Shown in pieces: positions 54,132 to 64,000 of a DNA stretch of 64,000 nt (positions are counted from its first letter, which is position 1; the number at the start of each line of letters is the position of its first letter). The stretch comes from an uncultured Planctomycetaceae bacterium (GTDB lineage Bacteria; Planctomycetota; Planctomycetia; Pirellulales; PALSA-1355): NCBI GenBank assembly GCA_963785305.1, contig CAWAUV010000004.1, positions 483,022-547,021 of the forward strand. Direction: 5' to 3'. The notes under the pieces are model-generated. The model was not told the origin of the DNA and made no database searches. It was given only the letters and a program-made list of their open reading frames with translations. Both the position numbers and the translations under genes were made by a program.

Positions 54132-54247
54132 CGGATTTGGCGCCGTTCTCCCAGCGGGCGGGGGCTGTTGCGGAGCGGATTGAACTGCCCCGGGGCGAGC
54201 AACACTGGCCGCCGCGCCGATCTTGCCCATTTTTTCTTCGCGGCCGC

Positions 54248-54276
54248 TTGCATCGCGATTTGCCGGGAATTATAAA
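54248..54276 (+). promoter_or_regulatory. Putative sigma70 promoter
   Basis: TTGCAT-17 bp-TATAAA upstream of the PEP-CTERM gene. Confidence 0.4.
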
Positions 54277-54394
54277 TCACACAATCGTTCAATCGTTTGA
54301 GCGTATATGTGTTTGAACGTTAGAGCGATCGCCCGGCCCGCTCGCCTCCCTCCGGATCGAACCCCCCGCCCGACTGAACCAACACGAGGTCGTC

Positions 54395-55521
54395 ATGCGC
54401 ATTCGTCGCTCGATCGCGCCAGGCATGTTGCTGGCGAGTTGCTTGTCACTATCCGCCGCCTTGGCCCGGGCCGATGTGTGGGTGTCATCGTATTTCCAAT
54501 ACGACCCCACGACCCAAGCCGTCGGCGCGCTGCTCGATTATTCGAACTCGGGAACGCTTCTCGGTTCCTACGACAACGCCAACTTGCTGCAATATGCCAC
54601 GGGCGTCGTCGCCGGGCCGAATAACATGCTTTATCTCACCAGTCCGGGAACCCTCTCGGTGGTGCAATTCAATCCGGCCACGGATGCGTTTTCGAATTTC
54701 GCCGTCGGCTCGCCGGCGACGGGTCCGCAATATCCAACGTCGCCGGTCGTGGGGCCCGATGGAAATCTCTATGTCGCCGACGCGGGAAGCAACAATGTTT
54801 ATGCCTACAGTTTTTCGAATCCCTCGACGCCGACCATCATTCCGGGCGTGCCCAGTGGCGACTATGTCGGATCGATCGCGTTTTCTCCCAGCGGCGCATT
54901 GACGGTCGGCGACAATTCGACCGGCGCGATCTACAACCTGCCGAGCACCGGCACATCCGCGACGCCGTCCTATGCGGCGCCTTCGCCAGCCACGCAACTG
55001 GGCGAAGCGGGAAACACCATCGTCTATCCGTCGGGCCTTTTGTGGCACGGCAACGACTTATATATCTCCCAGCTCGGCGGCAACGGCGTCAACCAGTCGC
55101 CGAACAGCGGTCCGGGACAAATTCTCGAGCTCAGCTATGGTTCGAGCTTGAGCAATGTGCCCACGGCCACGACGCTCGCGCTCGCGGTTCCGCCCCAGCA
55201 GGGCGCGGATAGTAGCTACGACGCCTCAGCCTCGCCGGCGGGCATGATTCCCGATGGCACGGGCAAGGGTTTCTATTTGGCCTTTTTCGGACCGTCGGAC
55301 TATTACCCGGAGGGCGGCGTCATGGACGTGACCTATGGTCTCACGTCGACGAGCTACTTTATCGCGCCTTATCCCAACGGCGCCGGCATCTTCGCGCCGG
55401 GCGGTCTGGCGATCACTCCGGTTCCCGAGCCTTCGTCATGGGCGCTGCTGTGCATGGGATTGATCGCGCTGGCGCTGTGCGCTGGAATCGATCGCGGCGG
55501 CGAGCGGTTGCCTTCGATTGA
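54395..55521 (+). CDS. PEP-CTERM surface protein with NHL/beta-propeller-like repeats (tail frameshift near 55480)
   Basis: Signal peptide, GPDGNLYVAD repeat type, VPEPSSWALL plus TM. The basic tail RWNRSRRR* lies in the adjacent frame ending 55521; the ORF track runs to 55651. Confidence 0.85.
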
Positions 55522-55563
55522 ATCCGCCGGAAAGCCGACGGAGTGTTTTCGCCGGCGCGAGCG

Positions 55564-56758
55564 ATGGAAACGGGTGCGCTATCGCTTTTTGGACAAGGCG
55601 CCATCGGCGGTCGCGTTTTCGAGCGTGGTTGCTTCCCTGGGGGATGCGTGAATGGGGCGCGGCCAACAACATCGTCCGCGATTTCGCCAGTATACGCGCC
55701 GGGCGCCGGTCGCCTGAGTCGTTTTCGCCATGTGAACCGCGGGCGGCTCGCATTCACGCTGGTCGAGCTACTGGTCGTGATTGCGATCATTGGCGTGCTG
55801 ATCGCGCTATTGTTGCCGGCGGTGCAGGCCGCCCGCGAAGCGGCCCGTCGCGCCAGTTGCGCCAACAATCTCAAGCAAATTGGCCTCGCCACTCAGAATT
55901 TCTATAGCGCGCATTGCAGCATGCCCCCGGGCGCCACGGCCAAAGCTTGGTCCGATGCGCCAGCCAATCCTTGGACCTTCTATCGCTGGTCGACGCTCGC
56001 GCATCTGACGCCGTTCATGGAAAACGCCAATGTTCAGAACGCGCTTGACATGACCCTGCCCATGTACGGCCCGAATCTGGCCATTACGCCGCAAAATGCC
56101 CCGGGCCTTGCGCTGGTCGTGAACGAGTTCCTGTGTCCCACGGATTTGGGCGGCGTGGTGGCGACGGGCTTTGGGCCGACGAACTATGCGGCCTGCGCCG
56201 GAAGCGGCAGCGGCGCTGGCCCGGGCGGCGCACCGCCAACCGGCTACGCCGGTAGTCCCTGGCAAACCGATGGTATTTTCTATGTCAACTCCGCCACCAC
56301 CTTCCGGCAGATTACCGACGGCACGAGCAAGACGGTTGCCTTTTCGGAAAGCGTGTTGGGCAATGCGACGCCCGGGTCCGCCACGGATCCGCTGACCGAT
56401 TACATCTACGCCGAGGGCGCCCCGATGCTCGCCAGCAACTGGCGCGATCTAGCCAATGGAATTACACCCTGCCCCGCGGCTTCTCTTGGGCCGATGGCGA
56501 ATTTCGCTGCGGGCTATTCAATCACTTTTATGGCCCCAACTCCACGCAAGCCGATTGCATTGGAGTGAACGTGGGCGGCGGAACCCAGGTCGAATTCACG
56601 GCCTTCGGCTGCGCGCTGCCCGCGGCCGGCACCCGGGCGGACTCAACACCGCGTTTGCCGACGGCTCGGTGGCCTACCTCGGCGAGGAGATATCCCTGCT
56701 GCTCTGGCAAGCCCATGCGACGCGGGCCGGGAACGAAGTCGTTGCCGTTCCCGATTGA
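55564..56758 (+). CDS. DUF1559 prepilin-type N-terminal cleavage domain protein; frameshifts near 56444 and 56611
   Basis: [70 protein letters not shown] (H-X9-DG). Confidence 0.92.
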
Positions 56759-56966
56759 GCGCCTGGCATTCGTGATCTCCCACGCGGTCACTGGAAGTCG
56801 GCATGGCATTTGCTTTCATGTCCGCCCTTCAATCGAACGGCGAATCGGTCGCTTGTCGACCAAGCCGTCGAACGGGCGCCCAGCGACGGCGGACGCTAGG
56901 CGACCAATTTGGCTCATAAACGACCGAGATATCTAGCGACGCATCGAACAAGGGACGAACGCCGCG

Positions 56967-58802
56967 ATGGATCCGCTTATAAGTTTGGTGGGAATTTTGG
57001 TGCTCGGCGTCGCGGCCCAGTGGGTGGCCTGGCGAATCGGTGCGCTGTCGATCTTGCTCCTGCTGGCGGTGGGGCTGCTTGCCGGGCCAGGACTAGGAAT
57101 TTTGCATCCCGACGCGCTGCTCGGTTCGCTGCTCCTGCCGGTGGTGTCACTGTCGGTGGCGGTGGTGCTGTTCGAGGGCGGACTCTCGCTCAAGGTCAAG
57201 GAGCTGCGGGCGGTCGGTGGCGTGTTGCTGGGGCTTTCGACCGTGGGAGTGCTCGTTTCCTGGGGCATCGCGGCCCTGGGGCGCATTATCTCTTGAAGTT
57301 CCAGTGGTGCTCGCGGCGGTGCTGGGGGCGATCCTCGTCGTCACCGGGCCCACGGTCATCGGGCCGCTGTTGCGACATATGCGCCTCGGTGGGCAGATCG
57401 GTTCGCTGCTCAAGTGGGAGGGCATTTTGATCGATCCCGTGGGCGCGGTCCTCGCGGTGCTCGTGTTCACCGCGGTGCGCTCCGGCGGACTGCGCCAAGC
57501 GGCCGGACCCGTGTTTCATGATTTTTTGATGACCGCGCTCGTCGGGGTCGGGCTGGGGGTGGCCGGAGCGGCGGCGCTCGTGGCGCTGCTCGGCCGATAC
57601 TGGATTCCCGACTCGCTGCAAAATCCGGCGGTGCTCGCCACCGTGTTTGGCGTGTTTGGGCTCGCGCACTTGGCGCCGGGCGATGGCGGCCTGATCGCGG
57701 TCACCGTGATGGGGATCGTGCTCGCGAATCAGGCGCTCGGTGAGCATTCGGCATTTGATCGAGTTCAAGGAGAATCTGACGGTGCTCCTGATCTCGTGCC
57801 TGTTTCTCGTGCTCTCGGCGCGGCTCGAGCGCCGCGATCTGGCGAGCCTTGATCTTGGAGTGGTCGCGTTTTTGGGAGTGCTGGTGTTCGTGGCCCGTCC
57901 GCTGGCGGCGCTCGCGTCGAACGATTCGGTTCGAAGCTTTCCTGGCGCGAGCGGTTGTTTCTTTGCGCGATGGCGCCGCGAGGGATCGTGGCCGCGGCCG
58001 TGACTTCGGTGTTCGCGATCGAGTTCACGCGCTCCGGCCTCGCCGACGCCGCGCGGCTGCCGCCGATCGTGTTCGCCGTCATCATTGGCACGGTGCTGCT
58101 CTATGGCCTGAGCGCCGCGCCCTCGGCGCGGCGCTTGGCCTGGCGCGGCCCAATCCGCAAGGAGTGTTGCTCGTGGGAGCGCATGCGTGGTCGCGGGCGA
58201 TCGCCCACGCGCTCAAGACCGAAGGCTGCCCGGCGACACTGGTCGATTCCGACTGGTCGAATGTGGCGCTGGCCCGGCAGGCGGGTCTAAAAACGTTTTT
58301 CGGCAGCATCCTCTCGGAACACACGCTCGACGAGATCGCGGTCGGCGAATTGGGCCGGCTGATGGCGATCACGCCCAACGACGAAGCCAACTCGCTCGCT
58401 TGCTTGCGGTTCATGCATATCTTCGGACGACGCGAAGTGTACCAAATACCCTTCACGGCCCCCGCGGCCGGACGACGCGAGGCGGTGTCGCTCGACCAGC
58501 GCGGCCGCATGCTTTTCGACCCCGCGATGACGCTCCCGAAACTGTGTGAACAATTCGGCGACGACCCAAGCCTCGGCGCCACTCGGCTCACCGAGGAGTT
58601 CGACTATCAAGCATTTCGCCGGTTGCATGGCGACAACAAACTACCGTTGTTCTTGCTCAAGCCCACGGGCGAGATGGCGCCCTTCGTGGCCGGCGAGGAA
58701 CTCGATCCGCGACCCGGGCACACGGTCATCAGCGCCACCCGGCTCGCGAGTGTCGAGGCGCCTCCCGTCGTCGCGGCGCCGGAACCGGCGGCTTGTACAT
58801 GA
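56967..58802 (+). CDS. NhaP-type (CPA1) cation:proton antiporter with C-terminal NAD-binding-like domain; about four frameshifts
   Basis: LFEGGLSL, VTGPTVIGPLL, WEGILIDPVGA, FKENL, APRGIVAAAV, GVLLVGA, TPNDEANSLA. Confidence 0.88.
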
Positions 58803-58889
58803 ATTTGTCGCTCGACCGGCGCGGCCGTCGGATGCGAGCAGCTTTCGAAGCAAGGTCCCGTATTAACTCAGGAAACGAAGGACGAACCC

Positions 58890-60005
58890 ATGCGATTCTA
58901 TCAATGTGCCTGCGAAAACACGCTGTTTTTCGATAATAGTCAATGCCTTTCTTGCGGGCGCGAAGTGGGGTATTGCTCCCAGTGCCGCGAGATCGCGGCG
59001 CTCGAGCCGATCGAAGCCGGCAAGTACCGCTGCACGAAGCCCGACTGCGGCGCCGAGCTCGTGAAGTGCAAAAATTACTCGCTGCACAATGTTTGCAATC
59101 GTTGCGTGGCGGTGGATAACAATCACGACGAGGGCCTGTGCGATTGCTGCCGGTTCAACGACACGATTCCCGATCTCACGGTCCAAGGCAACCTGGCCAA
59201 GTGGTATCGCCTCGAAGCGGCCAAGCGGCGGTTATTTTATGATCTCGGCCAATTGGGCCTGCCTTTTGGCACGGCGGCCGACGGCATCGATCCGCCGTTG
59301 AGCTTCGACTTCAAAGCCGATTTTTTGTCGCCCGAGGACCTCTGGCGCGGCGGCGACGAGGGCGAAAAAGTGTTCACCGGCCACGACCAAGGCCGCATTA
59401 CGATCAACGTTCGCGAGGCCGACTCGGCCTGGCGCGAAAAGCAGCGGGTCGACATGCGCGAATCCCATCGCTCGTTGATCGGACACTTTCGCCATGAGAT
59501 CGGCCATTACTACTGGGACCTGCTCGTCAAAGGCCGCCGCGAGGACGAATCGCGCGCCGTGTTCGGCGACCACGACAACCCCACGTATCCAGACGCTCTC
59601 GCGCAACACTATCAAAACGGCCCGCCAGTCGACTGGAAAGAGCGCTTCATCAGCTCGTACGCCACGATGCATCCTTGGGAAGACTTCGCCGAAACCTGGG
59701 CGGCGTATCTCGATATGTGCAGCATGCTCGACACGGCCCAAAGCGTGGGATTCGGCGGCGAGTCCGACCCGGTCAATGCCGATCTGGACTTCATGATCCG
59801 GCGCCATCAGCAGCTTGGCATTGCTTGCAATGAAATGAATCGCAACATGGGGCTGCTCGATGCCGTGCCGCAGATTTTCGTGCGGCCGGTCGTCGAGAAG
59901 ATGCGATTCGTGCATTCGCTGGTGCTCGATGCGCGAGCCCAAAACGGCGCGCTCGGCGGTCAAACCTCGGCCGCGACGGCGCCGCAACCGGTCGGCGCGG
60001 CGTGA
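58890..60005 (+). CDS. Zinc-ribbon + putative zinc-binding metallopeptidase
   Basis: N-terminal Cys clusters, TGHDQGRITIN, HFRHEIGHYYW (HExxH), YATMHPWEDFAETW. Confidence 0.9.
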   Translation: MRFYQCACENTLFFDNSQCLSCGREVGYCSQCREIAALEPIEAGKYRCTKPDCGAELVKCKNYSLHNVCNRCVAVDNNHDEGLCDCCRFNDTIPDLTVQGNLAKWYRLEAAKRRLFYDLGQLGLPFGTAADGIDPPLSFDFKADFLSPEDLWRGGDEGEKVFTGHDQGRITINVREADSAWREKQRVDMRESHRSLIGHFRHEIGHYYWDLLVKGRREDESRAVFGDHDNPTYPDALAQHYQNGPPVDWKERFISSYATMHPWEDFAETWAAYLDMCSMLDTAQSVGFGGESDPVNADLDFMIRRHQQLGIACNEMNRNMGLLDAVPQIFVRPVVEKMRFVHSLVLDARAQNGALGGQTSAATAPQPVGAA

Positions 60006-60212
60006 GTCGCTCCGCGGGATGCGCTTCGAGCACCGCGCTCGCGACCATGGTTTGTTCGCGCGAAATCAATTGCGCCGGCCGGTCCCGGTTCAAGCCTGAC
60101 GGTCGCCGACGCCGATAATGCTCAACGAATCGCGCTCCCGGCGCGCGATTGCATCGGCTTGTGGAGGCACGGACGCCTTGAAGGGCCCCAAGATGGGGCG
60201 GAGGCAAGCACT

Positions 60213-60848
60213 GTGAGCAAGTTTCAAAGACTTCGTTTGGCGACGATTGCAATGCTGGCTTGCGGCGCAAGCAGCGCCATGCTTCGGGCCGACGATCCCA
60301 ATGTCAGCTATGTTCAAGAAAACGGCGTGACCTATCGCGTCACCCGGCAGCCGACGCAGCACCCCGTTACCGAGACACATCTCGAGACGCGCGAGTCGAC
60401 GATCTATCAAACCCATGTCACCACGGAAATGCAGACCACGGCCCGCACCTTTCCGGTGGCGGTGACGGAGTATCACTGGCAGCCGGTGTATCGGCGTTCG
60501 TGGAATGTGTTCGCGCCTCCCACGCTGAGCTACGAACTCGTGCCCGAGACTCGCTGGGAAACCCGCAGCGACACGGTGCAAACGCCGGTTACGCGGAGCG
60601 TGGTGGCGCCGGTGAAGGTCAGCCAGACCGTGCCGGTCACTTCGCAACGGGTCTATTCGGGCGAGATCGTGAGCAAGGTGCCGGTGGGGCCCATTGCGGG
60701 GGGCGCGGCGAATGTCGCGGCGGCTCCTGGCTCGCCCGCGGCCACGGTGGCCGATCGCTCGGCGGTGGGCGGCATCTACAAGCTCGACAACGATCCTCCT
60801 CGTAGCGGCGCCTCGTGGCATCCGACGACCGATTCGCTGCGGCGGTGA
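60213..60848 (+). CDS. Secreted Thr/Val-rich hypothetical protein
   Basis: RBS GGAGG before GTG, signal peptide, long beta-type T/V/P pattern. Confidence 0.7.
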   Translation: MSKFQRLRLATIAMLACGASSAMLRADDPNVSYVQENGVTYRVTRQPTQHPVTETHLETRESTIYQTHVTTEMQTTARTFPVAVTEYHWQPVYRRSWNVFAPPTLSYELVPETRWETRSDTVQTPVTRSVVAPVKVSQTVPVTSQRVYSGEIVSKVPVGPIAGGAANVAAAPGSPAATVADRSAVGGIYKLDNDPPRSGASWHPTTDSLRR

Positions 60849-61171
60849 TCGGGCCAACCGGGATTTGCCGTGCTAGCGGTCGATGCTGGCAGGGCTTCGC
60901 GCGGGCTGCGGGGGCCACTCGCTCTCGGCATTGCGTCGAGTTTCGAGACACGGCGCGATTGTGTCTTGATCGTGCGCGCGAGGGCAAGCATTGCTGGCGT
61001 TTACATTGTGCGCGCCACCTTGCGATTTCTGGCTTTTACCGCAAGCGGCGCCGTGGATTACGTCGATTCCGGCATAGCTTGCGCGATCGGGGAGCGATAC
61101 AATTCCCGCCCGCGTTTCCCCCAGGGAGCGATCTCCCCCGATGATAAGGATTTAACATCGCTAGGCTTTCG

Positions 61172-64000
61172 ATGTTCCGACAGGGATGTCTGAGCAGTTC
61201 GTGCCCCGCGGCCAATGCATCGAGCAGTTTCCAGCGGGCATGGATTGCCCGCTGGGAAATCCTCATCTGCTTGTTGCTTGCCTGGGCTCAAGCGGCGCCA
61301 TCGCACGGCGCGGATCTGGCGATGCGCTTACGCGTCGCGTGGGGGGGCGGCGCGGACCGACAATGGCATGGCTCGTTGCACGCGGTCGATGGTCAGATCG
61401 CCGAGATCGCGGCCCTGGGCGTCGAAGCCGATGAACCCGGTTCGCTATGGCTCGAGGACGGGCGCCTGGTTTTCCATCAGCGGGCGCCGCGAGCCTACGA
61501 CGCCGTGGACCTCGCGGTCACGGCCGATATCCATTCGCGGCTCATGGTTAGGCTCTCTCCGGCCGGCGCCGCCGAGGAACCCAAACCGATCGAGATTCCG
61601 CTGGCCGACCTCGTGGCCGGCTCCTATGCGACTTCGCTCGATGTCGACGGCAACAGGCTCTTGATCACGCGCTCTCCGGGCGATCGCCTGCGAGTGAAAT
61701 TCGATCGCGAATCGTTGGTCTTTTCGCCCGGCGATACTTTCGAACTCGAAGCGCAGCCGCACTTGCTGGGACTCACTGGCGCCGCGGCCACCCGCGTGGT
61801 CGGGCAACTGCTGGGCCCGGGTGGAACGCGCGCGCTTGGTCCGACGAACAAGAGGCGACCTCCGGCGAAACTTCCACGCCCGGCAAGCCCGCCAAATTCA
61901 CGATCAAGATGCCCGAAGCCGAGGGCGTGTACGATCTACAACTCACGGCCAACACGGTTTGGACGCGGCAACTACCGTTTAAGAAGCAACTGGCCGAGCG
62001 CCGGGTGCAAGTGATCGTGATCGATCAGCGAGCTCCGCCGCGTTCGTCGTCGGCGACCGCTTTGAGTCCGATATCGGAAATCGATCCGGTGAATCCCAAC
62101 TGGTGGGAACGGCTAGCGAGCGTGCCCAACATTCCCGGATTGCATAAGGGCCCGCTCGGCAATGGGGCCGTCGGCCGTTGGGATCATCCGACGCTGGGAC
62201 CGTTCATGCGACTCGCGCCCGCCGCGCCCGGCGCCCAGCCCAATTGGGAAGCCTATCCGCTCGCCGCGCAACAGCCTGGCGCACCGCATGTGGTCGAGGT
62301 CGACTATCCGAGCGATGTGGCTCAAACGCTCGGTCTCAGCATTTTGGAGCCCAACGCGGCGGGCGCGGTGGTGCCGATCGGGCTCGATTCCGGAGTATAT
62401 GTCTCGAGCTCCGACGGCGAGGCGCCCCAGCGGCTCAAGCATCGGCTGGTGTTTTGGCCGCGCACGCGTTCGCCGCTCTTGCTGGTGACGAATCGACGAC
62501 CGGGAAGTGAAGCGGTGTATGGCACGATTCGTCTGCTTGGCCCGGCGGCCGGAAAATTCGGCTACTTGGCGGCGGCCAATGTCTCGGCCCGACAGCTTCC
62601 GCCGGCGTTTGCCCAGGAGCCGCGCGGCGGTCGTCTGCTCGCGGGGTATTTCGACCGACCCTTGGTGGCGGAGAATTTTTCGGCGAGCGAATTATTCGAT
62701 CCCGTGAGCCGCCGGAGTCTCGACGACTGGACCACGTTCTATCAAGCCGGATCGCGGCTCGTGGATTACCTGCGCCATGTCGGTTACAACGGCCTGATTC
62801 TGACCGTGGCGGCCGACTCGAGCGGCCTCGCGCCGAGCAAACTGCTCGAACCGACGCCGCGGCACGATACCGGCGTGTTCTTCTCCAACGGCCAAGACCC
62901 GGTGCGGAAAGATGTCGCCGAGTTGCTATTTCGGCTCTTCGACCGCGAGGGGCTGCGGCTGATTCCCGGAGTGCAGTTCACCGGACCGCTGCCCGCTCTC
63001 GAAGCGCTGCGCCGCGCGGAGCCCAACACCGTGGGCCTCGAATGGATCGGGCCCGATGGCGTGGCCTGGGTCGATCGACGCCGCGGCCGGGCAAGCGGCG
63101 CGCCGGTCTACAATCCGCTCGATCCCCGCGTGCAAGACGCGATGGTGGCGGTCGTGGCCGAGTTGGCCGAGCGCTATCGCGGCCACACATCATTCGCCGG
63201 AATCTCGATCGCGCTTTCCGACGAAGGCTACGCGCAACTTCCGAACTCCGATGGCGGCTACGACGACGAAACCATCGCCCGCTTCACCCGCGACACGCGC
63301 GTCGACGCTCCGGGTCAAGGCGAAAATCGTTTCGCCGCCCGGGCCAAGTTTCTCAACGGCGCCGCTCGCGGCTCGTGGTTCGCTTGGCGCACCAATCAGA
63401 TCGCGACGCTGCACAAACGCATGCGGCAAGCGCTCGGCCCTGAAACCTCGGGCGCGGTTGTACCTGGCGGCGGCCACCCTGCTCGATCATCCGCAGGCCC
63501 AGCGCAGCTTGCGACCGGCGCTGCCCCGCAGAATGAAGCTCGACGAAGTGTTGCTCGGCCTCGGCATTCGGCCCGAGGCCTATCGGACCGAAGACGGCAT
63601 CGTGCTGTTGCGCCCCCAGCGATTGAGCGCGCCGGGCGATCCACTCAATCAGGTCGAACACGAAGTCAACAGCGCGAGCGACCTGAATCGAGTGCTGGCG
63701 GCCACGGCGCATCCGGGCGCACTCTGTTATCACGAACCCGATCGCACACGGCTCGCTTCATTCGACGCGAAAAGCCCGTTCGGACAGTCGACAACCTTCA
63801 CGTCGCTCGTGTCGGAATTATCTCCCTCGGGAGGAGAAAATCGGCGGCGGTTCGTGCATGCCATCGCCGCGCTCGACGCCGAATCCATTTTCGACGGGGG
63901 GTGGCTGCTGCCGCTGGGGCAAGAAGCGTCGCTGGCCGAGGTGGTGAATGTGTACCGGCGCCTGCCCGCGGCTCGATTCGAGACGCTCGACGAACCAAGC
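61172..64000 (+). CDS. Large secreted protein with glycosyl hydrolase-like 10 type TIM barrel (3' truncated; frameshifts near 61836 and 63436)
   Basis: LRVAWGGG, ALGVEADEPGS; later LDDWTTFY, LRHVGYNGL, FDREGLRLIP, YNPLDPRVQ, RYRGHTSFAG, GYDDETIARF read by hand in successive frames. Confidence 0.7.

Overview
High-GC bacterial chromosomal window, almost certainly from a planctomycete (YTV-repeat protein, DUF1559, DUF1552/DUF1592 pair, PEP-CTERM proteins, ECF sigma/anti-sigma pairs, tandem double UvrA). It opens with a parABS locus (two perfect parS palindromes) and two tRNAs, then rex, a 777-aa Cys-rich YTV protein with two arms of 17 x 16-aa repeats, a ~2400-aa double UvrA, panB, csrA, a degenerate RNase H and glgB. 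An accessory-looking stretch (~29.3-48.9 kb) holds a LOV/PAS/HD-GYP signalling cluster, a RAYT-like transposase remnant, REP-like doublets and two kinds of MITE; one MITE copy interrupts a FecR-LamG anti-sigma gene. The last part has a Tyr-rich secreted protein next to a c-type cytochrome and an ECF pair. About two dozen frameshifts break otherwise intact genes, and nearly all lie at GCGC. This points to long-read basecalling errors at a modified motif rather than real pseudogenes. All family calls are from motif recognition only; no searches were run.
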